Origin: Lepidodermella squamata | Taxonomy: Eukaryota > Animalia > Gastrotricha | Direction of reading: 5' to 3' | Length of the DNA stretch: 64,000 nt | Assembly (NCBI GenBank): GCA_047495785.1 | Contig: JBLDXI010000032.1 | Span: 2,294,001 to 2,358,000 of the forward strand | Notes under the pieces: generated by a model | What the model saw: only the letters and a program-made list of their open reading frames with translations | Databases searched by the model: none | What the model was told of the DNA's origin: nothing | Shown: positions 22,446 through 33,808 of the stretch, piece by piece | How positions within the stretch are numbered: the stretch's first letter is position 1 | Layout: each line of letters opens with the position of its first letter | Translations under genes and position numbers: made by a program

Positions 22446-22858
22446 TTAATCTACGGCTAAGGCCAAACGTCTCAGGTCTCCTTTCAGATCTTCGTAAACT
22501 GTCTCAACCAGATTGGGCACAACTTTAGCGACCATGTGTTCCACAACGGTGGCCACAATGAATGATCGAAATTCGGGCCATTTCACGTGATCGATAATGC
22601 AAGTTGCCTCGTCTACCGCCGCCTGTTCTATGCAAGATAAAGCGTCATTAACCTGGTCCTCGACCGATTCCTTTATTCTGGCACCGAACTGCATGAGAAA
22701 TTGTAAACAGATAAATACATACATGGGAGAATTAAAGGAACAACCTCAAACAGCATATTATCCCATTCCTCACGAACAATCTCCTCGCATGTTTTCGACT
22801 TCTTCAACGGCGGTTCAGTCAAAGATGTGGGTAATTTTCTTTGACGCGTGTGGTCCAT
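22446..22858 (-). CDS. Small helical cargo protein X2 inside the hAT (118 aa, 2 exons), paralog of X1
   Basis: MDHTRQRKLP...PPLKKSK...MLFE|FGARIKESVEDQVNDALSCI...WPEFR...YEDLKGDL; 56-nt intron at 22689-22744, at the same aligned position as in X1. Confidence 0.65.
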
Positions 22859-23081
22859 GAAATCATATACCAGACGCTTCAATTACCGTAATAAGAGCGG
22901 TTAAAACCTACAAATTATTATAAAATGTAACAGTGGCCTGGGTAATAAGGGAAAATATTTCTCATCCATATCCACGCTCTTAAGCGTAGGGAAAGTGTAA
23001 GGCTTTAAATTAACCTAGTGGCAACAGACGCAACTGTGTAATGACGAGTGATAGCATTGACCGCGGAAATAATTGGAAATA

Positions 23082-23429
23082 TTAATCACGAATATTGCCG
23101 TTAGCAATCCACCGAAGAATGTCCTCCTTAAGTTCAGTATAAAGCCGTAGCTTAACTTCTGTCACCACACGTTCAACTATTTCGTCCCTCACATCTTCAA
23201 TGATCTGTCTCCGAAAATCGGGCCAATTATCCGCATTGGTCATCATATCCAGGGCTTCCTCTGTGGCTTCGTGGATGCAGCTAATCGCTTCGTTCAACTC
23301 CGATTCCATTACCTCGGTGATGTGCTGTTCCGCCTACAACTCATTAAATAAATCATCGCAGTGCCCATTGGAAAATAAACTTACATCATCCATCAGTTTA
23401 TTTGCCTCGGCAGTAATGTCCTCGGTCAT
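23082..23429 (-). CDS. Small acidic helical cargo protein X1 inside the hAT (98 aa, 2 exons)
   Basis: MTEDITAEANKLMDD|AEQHITEVMESELNEAISCI...; 51-nt gtaag...tag intron at 23334-23384 joins the exons in frame. Confidence 0.65.
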
Positions 23430-23615
23430 GTCGAATAAGTACGCATAAACATAATTAGCTACAACCAAAAATTCAAGGAGGAAAAGACAAAATGGAGAGA
23501 CATTGGTGCTTATTGCTGGGATAAACTTGGCGACGCCCATAGCGGGGGTAACGTCAAATAATATTAAATAATTTCACCTCTCCATAAATAAAATAAGGGC
23601 GGCCATGGCGTTATA

Positions 23616-26600
23616 TCACAGTTTCATGGACAGCCGGAAGGCATTTTCAACCTCCATTAAGCAGCCGACGGTGCTAGGCAACAAATTGGCACGCTGGTCG
23701 GAACAGGTGAGGCCGCTACGACTAAACCGACGCTCTGCTTCTGACGACGAGGCCGGAGTTTGGAGTAGCAGAACTGCAACATAAGCAAGTGTGGGCCAAG
23801 TGTGGCGCTTCTCCCACCACCAGTTCAGCAGATCGCCGATTTTCGGAGGAGCGGTCATTGCGAGATATTGGTCACGCTCCTGCTGTAGGGTTAGCCTACG
23901 CACGGAACCATTAGGCCTAGCATACATTGCGTCCAAAAAATGCGGGGGCTCATCGGTCTCCACTTGCAACACCTCCTCCTGCTGGCGCTGGTCAATCATG
24001 GGCATTCGTGTCGCCACCCTTTCTTGTAAACGCTGCAAATACGACAATGCACGATCCATGGCGTCTTGTTCAAGGTACATGCCGTCTAGCCAGTTGTCTT
24101 TCGCCAACGGATCGAGGAGTGTAGCCACGCAGTGAAGTAGGTCGATACTAAAGCGCTCGTTAATTTCAGCCTGCCCCACCTTAAATGAAATATTAATAGC
24201 ATAGTTATTAATGAGTTAAATAGAATGTTATTTTTGGTCACCTTACGCATGTCTCGCACAACCTGGATTTCATCCAGTGGCGCTCGCGACAAATGGATTT
24301 GAAGGAATTTGTGCGTAACTAATACGCGATGGAATGTGGGAACGTCCACTTTCTCCAGCTCCAAGGTAATCCTGTTTGAAAAAAAAATTAACGATTTGGC
24401 TCCAATTAAACACAACCATATACTCTTTAAATGGCAACAGGAACGCCAGCAGTTGCTCCATATCTGCTTTTCTCAGGCTGTGATGGGCATCCAACAAGTC
24501 AGGTTGTTCCCTCGCATGAAGAATATTGACTAATCGGTCGTAATTTTCGTAAATTGACCGCAGGGAGTCATAAAGATAGGACCAGCGCGTTTCGCAAAGC
24601 GTCTTCACCTTGTATTCAAGCTGGTGGGCTACGTCTGGCTGCCTACCAATGGCTATTACCTTACGTAATCTGTAAGTAGTAGAATCATGGGCTAATAAAT
24701 GGACGAAATGATTCGCAACAGTGTTTGGGATTTCACTGATTCCATTTTGATTACAAAGATTTTGGGGTCATTTCAGTATGATTTGAATATTTCGACAAAT
24801 TAAATTAGAAATTGGTTGATTGGAATTCTTGGCAAACGATTTCTCCAGTTTTTTACCGATGTTTCCCAACAACTTGTAAGCCTAATCAGGTCTCAATTTA
24901 TGATAATATTAGCCATAATTTTAATATTGGTTGGACTGAAATATATTCCCTAATATTTAGTCCCAAAATCGGAATAAATCAAATCCCAGACACTGATTCG
25001 CATATCCATTACATACCCGTCGATGAATTCCGATACAATTGGGCCGCCCTCCTTGATCATCCATTTGATCGTTAGGTGAACACCATGAGGGCCACAGAAA
25101 ACCTGGGCAATATCAGATTCCGACCCGAGCGCAAAATTTGACCCCTTGTCCGTTACTGCAATGGTTAAACCTGACAGACGATATAAATTATTACACCTCA
25201 GGCGTTTCTGGTATTATACAACATCGCCTACCAAGAGCATTGGCCGGCAAGGCCTCCACCTTTGCCTGGATGTATTCGCTAACGGCTGCTATCGTCGCTG
25301 ATGCGGGGAAGTGGTTGAAGCTTAGCTGCATGGAGTTTAAACGCAGCTTGGGTCCCTCTACCGTTGCGAAGTGACCTGTGATGGTTATGAACTTGTCCTA
25401 TTTATTGGAAATGGCAAAAATTACAAATTCAACGCCCCATAGTTTATTGAATTACCTTGTTGTTGTCATCGGTCCACATATCTGAGGTGTAACTGGAGCC
25501 CAGGACAGCTTTTTGCTCCATGCCCCACACCACCTTGCGACACTCAGCAGCGAGGGCGGGTAATCTGCGATGTAGCGCTGTTGCCTCCGGAAGTAAATTT
25601 TTTGCAGCGATACCTGGGTATTCAGCCGCAATGCGGAGGGCGCTATCCATCATTGAGATGAAACCCAGGTCATTGACGATCGAAAACGGCTGGAAATCAT
25701 GGGCTATCATTTTCAGGAAATCATCGGTGAATTCCTGGCGAACTAGGGGCGGCAATTCGACTCCAGTTCCAGTACCTCCACAACCTCGGGGACATTTGTG
25801 CCGCCACATGGCGCTTGTCCCAGTACTAGCCTCCGCCTTGTAAAGCTCGTAGCATCGAATGCAAGCTGCATATGAACCCTTCACCTCGTTCCTCAGATTT
25901 TCAGGTACTTCGACCGATGCGAAATTCGCCCACACCTTCGACTTCTTCGCGGAAGGTTCCATCATGCTTGCACTGCCCGATATAATGGCTTGCTTCAGGA
26001 CAGCTTTTTCCTGGCTGGTCGCTTTATTTGAAGCTACTTTCAACGTGACTGCCCTTGTTTTCGGCGCAACTGGTGGTTGAGCGGCTGGTCCTGAGGCGAC
26101 TCTATTTCCAGATACAGTTGCAGTCAAAGGTCGATGAGAGACCACCTGACGGCACCCGGCAGGCCCCGCGATTACAGCAACATCCTCCACAACGTTCGCC
26201 TCGCCATCTAGGGCTGGGCGGTAACGACGGGGTTCGGTAATTGACGACTTCTGTGCCGCTCCGCTTATTCCGCCACCTGTGGAATGCAAGCCCAAAGGAA
26301 CGTTGCTAGAACGACCTGGCGCGAATGATCGTGTAGTTCTGGTAGGGGAGGAAGCGCCCAGCAAGCGAGAGGATCCACCAAGGGTGCTACTCTGATGCAT
26401 TTTTCCCGAGCTGGCAGGCTGACTTGCAGCAGCCCTGTTCTGTAAACAAGTGAGCAAAAGTTTTTAGGCCCTATTCGGAACACGTTTTTATTTTTTATTA
26501 CCACGTTCGATGAAGTTGCTGGTTGTTGCGACATGTTAGCAGCGCGCTATTTTCAAAAATAATAGATCAATTACACGGATTAGGATCATTGTTGATTCAT

Positions 26601-27230
26601 GCCTGTATAGTGTCAAATAAAGTAGAGTTATATCGGTTCTGCATCAGCGGATATTTCTCAAAAACGGTGTTGGGGGCATGACGTTTTGGCTCATTGAGGT
26701 TACAATCCTGTCCGCCTCTGGGGAATAATATTGTTCAATTATTTCAAAAAAGTTATTTTTGTAAATTACCTTAGCGACAGCCGATGGGTGCCAGAGGAAC
26801 TTCCGCTACCTGACGGGTGCTCAAGAACCACTGATATTGATTCCGTGGCATAATGTCCACCGCCGGAATAACTCCCATCGCTATGCCTTCCTCTGTTCAG
26901 GTAAGGATAATGTAACCAATATAACACTTTCCTATTTTATTTCATGTTGTTTAACCTTTGAAGTCCTGAAGTAGACGGCTCGTTTTCTCCAAAAGGATTC
27001 AGGAAATCGCATGATAAATCGGCAGATCTTGCGCCTTCATTGCCGTTACTCCGTCGGTTAACATCGGCCAACCCGCGATGCAGTACACCAGTGGGCGTTT
27101 GTGACCCTGCCCCGCCGTAGCCATTGCCGGCTAATGTCGACATGCGGCTTTCGCGCGCGGCCAGGCGCTCAGCTTCCTCCTGCGCAATCTCGTCAGGCTC
27201 AATAGGCGGGCAGTAATCATCTTCCTCCAT
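23616..27230 (-). CDS. hAT transposase with BED zinc finger (multi-exon; 5' exons tentative)
   Basis: BED finger SKVWANF...CIRC...GTSAMWRHKC; IAHDFQPFSIV; TSDMWTD (D1); VTDKGSN (D2); CGPH (CxxH); ETRWS; C-terminal LLNWWW...PASSSEAERRFS (E). Confidence 0.9.
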
Positions 27231-28818
27231 ATCAATGATAGCCTAAATTGCGAGATTGAAAATTTATGGATGACGTCTGCAATGGTTGGCAATTATATTT
27301 ATAATATGTATATTCATAACGCCTGTAACAACTTCATCATCCAGCACTATCATACTTTATTGATAAGTTTATTAGCACATGTGTCGCCACATTGCAGATG
27401 AAACCGTTTCCCCTTCCAATAAATAGACGTGGCAACACCGGTTGCATACAGGCATTGATTGGGGCTTTTCTTGAACGGGCATAGTGTAAAGAGTAAACGT
27501 GCGTCAAGCCATGTGTTTGCGTGGAGGCGACTTTACTTCACCGGAGGAAATCTGTGTTGAAAACAGAAATTATCATAACCCACACACCAAATCTGTCACT
27601 CACTGTGCTATGTTGGACGAACACATGGAACTTATTTTGTAGACATCGTTGAATCGCGTAAACCATATCACAGCGATTCGCCGCGTACATCCCCAAATAC
27701 GTTAATAACCTGTATAAAGAACGGCAAATATTAATTGAAGCATTCACTTCATTGACTTGGTCAGGAATAATAACGTCATTTAGGTATATCTTACTTGTAA
27801 GTTTCTACTGTTAACACATGAGAAGTCGAAATGACAGTTATGATTGTCATTCTAATATACCGTTAAACGACATATTTATACCCGCAGGTAAATGTCGCCG
27901 CTATTCAATGAATCATAGCCAGTTATACAGCCGTTGTTAATTAATCGGTGTTTGATACCTATGAGGAAAAGGGACTTAACGACATCAAACGATTCTGCAG
28001 TATCATTCCCACCAAACGACGTTGCACGCGCTTAGGGAGCGCTCCGCACATGTTTTTTGCATATTTCCGTGTTTTTTACGGTCCAATCACTCAATCGCCT
28101 AACCACCGATCTATTTCGATTGTGAATCATCCACTTATCTGCGCGTAGCCGAGAAGCGTAGCCAACTTTCGAATGGCCCGCCTTAGCAACGCGTCCATTT
28201 CCTTCATGTTTATTTTTAACGTTTTTTAATTCTTCAACATTTTTTATTAAAATAACATATTTTATTTGCCTATTAATGGGTCCCACGTAACCCAGCCCAC
28301 TGGGCGGTTTGCGCGGGCAATGCCTAAGTGCCTAGCTCTGCTCTCAAGCGTCTATCGTTACCGCACATGTTGCTCTATCTACTCGCATGCAACAGGTGAG
28401 TTATCCTTTTTCATCCCTTTCCTGCCACAGTGGTTTGAGAGATTAACTGATGGAGAGTGTTTGAACAAACTTCAATGTTTTATGGGCGTATAGCGGCGCT
28501 GCCGTCGCCTTCCTTTCACTTATCTCTCTTCACTTTCACTTAACAGACGACTTGCAAACTAACGGCATCGACTGATTGTCACTGTTCCCGTGCGTCCAAA
28601 AAGTTGTCCGCGTTCTTTGGAGCAGATAAAGGCTAAACTAAACTAAACTAAAGACTAAAACACCGCTACCGCAATGACTCGTTAGTATCTTGCAATCACT
28701 CTTGCAATCAATGGCAAGTATTTTGTCTCATTTTTCTCATCCATTCAGTTTCTCATCCTTGTAGCTTCATTATAGCTCATCCTTCTTATATTAATTGAAA
28801 AGTCATTCCAATATTGCC

Positions 28819-31800
28819 ATGTCTCTTGTTGATCCTCTGGGTTTGAAGAGAAAGCGTAATCGCAAAAAGAAGGCAGAGTATTTCGAACCGCAATGGAGAT
28901 CTGACATCGAGCAGCGAGAGCTTGCATTTGAAATAAAAACAGCCACAATTCGATTCAACAAGGCTGCCAGCTACGTCATTATGTTCAGCCTTGTTGAATC
29001 GTTCACCGATCGATATGATGGCGTCATGATCAAAATAGACAGCAGTGATTTTATTGACGGACATGTTTACAAGAGCCCAATTATCGAACCGGCTGAAATC
29101 GGAGCGAGAATGCCATTTGAGCATACCATTACCTTTTCTCTTCCTAAAGGTGAGAAGAAAATATGTTATTTTCGAGTTTTGTCACTTTCGAAACAATTAA
29201 AACGACTAGGGTATTGTAAAAACGATGGGCGTCACGATGTTCATGTTTGCATGGAGGCTTGGGAGGCCTCAGGGAAACGGGATGGTGATGTTAAGCTCAA
29301 TAAACTCGTTGGAAAGAGCATTTATCCAGTGTACCCGCGACCTAAGCAGCCACTCATTGATTTAAATGCTAAGCAAGGTCGGCCGATGCTGCGCGAAAAC
29401 GTTGTCTTACCATTGCTGCGAACACCTAATACTGATCAAAAAGTCATGCATTGCGGCGATTTGGCCTTTTCCGTAACGATCACGTGAGATTATAGCGTAT
29501 CATTGAAACTTGGCAACGCTGCATCTTATCTTTAAACAGGGACCGAAACCCGCATATAGACGTTCCTGATATTCGAGTTTCGAGTGCTACGGGCACTAAT
29601 GCTGGTGATATGACCGATCGCACCGGAGCGATGACAGGTGACTATGATCATTCACCCATCCCTCCAAGCCCGGTTAGCAAGCGGTTGTTTTTACGGCTCT
29701 CATTCTTAAGCAGTTATTTTCAATAGGTTCCACCGCTGGCACTCGGTGAAGGCAAAACCGGTAGGAACGCTTCTTTTGCTATTCAAGGACAAAATAGGAA
29801 ACCGTCAGTTGCTGCCAGTCAAAAGACGGTTAAATCTGCAAACCAAGCTGGCGGCAATATTCAACCATCGAATGCAAAGTCGCTGCGTCAAGCATCCGCG
29901 GTATCTTCCATAGCAGCCGCATCTCAATCTGCACCACGGAAGAAAGACGAGTTCAGCGCTCCGGATACGAAGGACCGCGATGTCTCGTTAGAAGCCAGTG
30001 ATCCGGATGAAGAGTATTTCCGCGTTGGTGATATTGTTGAAGGAAAGCCTCGGACAAAAAAACAATACAGATCTCTGCACGACGTGAAGGTATTTCAGTT
30101 GGAAATAGTAGTTGAGCGGTCGATAGATTCAAACTGATTTGACAGTTTCTGAAACCGGAAGCACTTGGCAGAGTAGTGGGAGATTCCAAAGGCCTGCTGG
30201 CCCAGTTATCTCACGTTTCCCATCCTGGCACTGATAAATTTGACGTTACTGTCCACGCTGCCTGTTCTCTGCCTGAACGATCAGCTGACAACAATTTACC
30301 GCGACCTTTTGTTGCTGCGTAAGTAAAATGATGTCTCGAAAACTAGTGGCCAATAATTCGGTGAATTTTCAGGTCAACTACAATGGGCTTTCTGCAAAAT
30401 GAAATACAGTCGTTCACACACGTCTCTAGAAACTCGGGAAGCTGCGCTACCTGGGGTGAACTTTGTGCTGTTGAATTTGACGGGGTGACGATTGCTAATG
30501 AAGGTTTGCTATTGATTATATAAAATTAAGCAGGAAATCCTAATAATGCCCGTATTTATCAGCTCTCGTTCTCGCTATCGTTGACAAAGACACTTTGGAA
30601 GTTATTGCAGTTTACTCGATCCCTGTAGTTTACTTGGAGCCATATCAACAGTACCATTTGGAGCTTAGTTTGGTTGGTTTTTGTTTGTAAACAAAATGTA
30701 CCTGAAAATTGTAATGAAGCTTTTGTAGCCACGGCGACATGGAGTAAATTGTAGGCTTTACGCCAGCATCATGAGAAAGGTGCCTCAGATTCCTCATGAA
30801 CACACGGGTCCGGCTTACGGCATTGAGGTAAGCCCAGTTCATTCTTGTTGGTCATCGTGTATGTTCCTGTCTCTTTTTCTAAGGCTCTAGTAAAAAGTTT
30901 CGATGCCCCTTTATCCGGTGATCCTGGACCTTTGCTCTGCGTGGCTCGTGTTATTCCTGATTACAGCAATTACATGTAGTTAGATTCTAGTTTTAAATTA
31001 CTATGCTAATACTGTTTTATTTTCAGTCCTAGTACGAGAGCTGGCGCGCTTTTTGGAGTAGTACCTAGAAAGATAGTCTTTCCCTTCCCGAAATCTACCT
31101 CATTCATGGATACGGGAAAATCTTGGCCTGGAAATCCGCAAATTTCGCTTCCATGCGATAAACCTGTACAGCCAACTTGGAATTTCCCGTTTATTTTTGC
31201 AACTTCGAGAGACAAAGCCACATTATTCACACCAGGAGCTGCGCTCTTGCTGGAATTTTACCAGTTTTTCATGCAAACCAGTGAAGGCGGCTGGACTTTG
31301 ACAAATCCTATCGGTCATTCGCTAATTCCGTTGGATACAAAGATGTTCGAATCGATTTCAAAAGCAGCAACTTCTCTCGGCGTTACGATTAGAGGAATTC
31401 CAGTTTTGGGTCAACATTTGAAAACCAAGCAAGGAAAAGTTCCATCGGTTTCGCTAGCTTTACGTCTGTTATCGCCGCATGCCGTTGATACGTTGGCTAC
31501 TCAAAAGCAATCGATTCTCGACTCGCTGCCTCTCATCGATATCCACCCATTCGTTCACGAAATGAAAGTAAATTGCAAAAATGTTGGCTTCAAATACACG
31601 ACCCCGTGCCCCGGCGAGAAAGATAAGCCGAATTCGGCGACAATTTTCGCGAACACAAGTCTAGACCCATCCGCTGCATCGAAAACTATGCACCTGGTTC
31701 CTAAATACAACCCGAATGCGAAGGTGGATGATGTTGTCGAGGAGTATCGACTCAAGATTTTGACTGAAAAAGTTCCGAACCGCCCTGCGTTGAATTTGCA

Positions 31801-33512
31801 AGTAAGAATTTCCCCAATTTTTTCTATTCAAATTTGTTTACAGCCCATAGAATATAGTGTGTAAATTTTTCTATTGAAAATTTTCCATTTCCATTGATGT
31901 TATTCTAGTACTCCGTTGCCTGGTAGCCATCAAAAGACCTTGTAAACCACCTGAATATATGCCAGTTTTGTTGTGTAGTTGCATATTTTTTCGTTGTAAT
32001 ATTTATGTCATACTACCGTCCTTATACCTCTAAGGTTTTCGTTTTTCTAATTAATCTAATTTTCGTTTAATTTTTGATTTATTAGCTTGGAGACGGCGAG
32101 TTGCCACCGCCAGATGCGATGCAATCAGTCCTGCCCGAATATCGTTACCTGCTAGAGGGCGGCAGAGGTGTCCGCAATATGCAGCCTCACATTTTGCGGC
32201 AGATGGGCGACGATCCCGCGTCACTGCAAATCGAAGCTCAACGGCGATTTGCCGCTGACAGAGCAGCTGCAGCTGCAGCATCGCCCCCGCCGCCCAACAG
32301 CCTGGCAGGCGTAACCGGGATCAACAACATTCTCATACCAGTTGGTGCTGATGCGATGGCCGTCGCCGAGTTGGATCAGTATCGACGCGCGGTGCGACGC
32401 ATGGGTGAAGACATTTTGGCACTTCGCCGTGAAATGGCGGGCATGTCGACGGAAAACACGCGATTGGCCAATCAGTTGGCCCATTACGACGATTTGACGC
32501 GAACCGTTGTGAGCACGCAAGTCATCGAAGGTCTTTCAAAGGCGGAACTCGCCGATCGTTACGTCGCCTCCCGCCAGCAGTTGATTCAACAAGAGGAACA
32601 GCTACAGCAATACAAAGCTAGAACACAAAAACTTCAGAACGAGCTAATTAAAGTGAGAATATTTTGTCTCTAAATGAGTTAAAAAGTGTAATTAAATTAA
32701 ATTTTTTTCAGCGAAATGATCGCGAAGTTGAGGGTGCCCACATTCGACAGGCTCATGCCGCGCAACAAGCGATAATTCAGAGATTGCAGGATAAAGCGGC
32801 TCGTTATGATAAACTGGCGGAGACTGTGAGGCATCAAGAGCTTGTTATAGAGCGAATGGAGCGCGTCTTGACAACTCGGCTGAAGGCCATTCCCGACGAC
32901 GGAAATTTCGATGGTAGAAATCCTTTTAAAATATCAGATCCCATTTTTTACTTGAATATTTTAGCCAATGCGGTTCAAAGAGATGCCTATGACAGCGTTG
33001 TCGAGGAGAATATGCAACTTCGGAAACAAATCGAAGAAATGCGAATCATAAACGAAGCCACTGGCCAAGCTCAGGGAGAAATCGACGCCGAACGCCTTCA
33101 AATGATGCAAGCTATGGATCGAATGGAGGCTCGTATCGTTGCCCTCGAGAAAGAAGTTGGCTCTTTCTTATTTATTTGAATCTGGTTTGATTCGAATTTT
33201 TTTCAGCTCGATGATCGCAGCAGGGAGTGGGGTCGCGAGCGAGCTGAACTCGTAATTAAGTTAAACGAGCAACATCGCGGGTTTTCCCCTACGAAACAGT
33301 TATCTCCTGGTCATCGAATTTCACCCGTCGGATCACCGCCTCGATTTGGAGGGGGTGGCGGTGGTTACACAACAACTACCACTACTCGTAGGTACACAGT
33401 TGCTGAGACAGCTGTTGCCCCTCCTACGGCTTTTCCTTCTCTTGGTATGGTGAACAGACCTCTAGGAATGGGCGGCACTCTTCTCGGCCGCGCAAGAGCT
33501 GGCCAAACTTGA
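28819..33512 (+). CDS. CCDC33: Coiled-coil domain-containing protein 33 (C2-like domains plus coiled coil), multi-exon
   Basis: ELDQYRRAVRRMGEDILALR, KLQNELIK|RNDRE, ETVRHQELVIERMERVL and REWGRER match the recalled CCDC33 C-terminus; QPTWNF C2-like segment. Confidence 0.8.
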
Positions 33513-33808
33513 AACTTTTTAAACTTCAGATTTTCACGTTTTATTGGAACAATAGTTTTATTTTTTGTATCTCGATTGAAACACACTTATACAATCTTAG
33601 TGACTTTGGCTTTGTTACGCCTTCGAGTTCTCATGAGTACATGAAATAATAAAGAAGATAGAAACAGAAGAGAAATCACGAAAATGAACCGCGAGTTTTA
33701 CAATGATGAGATCAATTCAATGCTAATAATAATTTAAGTACAATCGACAAAGTGAAATTTCTCACAAGCGGGTGTGTGTATGTGTGTATGTATTTTATTG
33801 AATTTAGT

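Larger units (their letters stand above)
21167..28340 (-). mobile_element. hAT-superfamily DNA transposon, 7174 bp
   Basis: 8-bp TSD ctctcaag at 21159-21166 and 28341-28348; termini caggcctaggca / tgcctagctctg (10/12 inverted match); empty site actttcaagcgtctatcg at 9861-9878 in the paralogous copy. Confidence 0.93.

Noticed and set aside
31909-31941. Possible micro or poison exon in a long CCDC33 intron
   Set aside because: Candidate boundaries give either a frameshift or an in-frame stop; not supportable without transcripts
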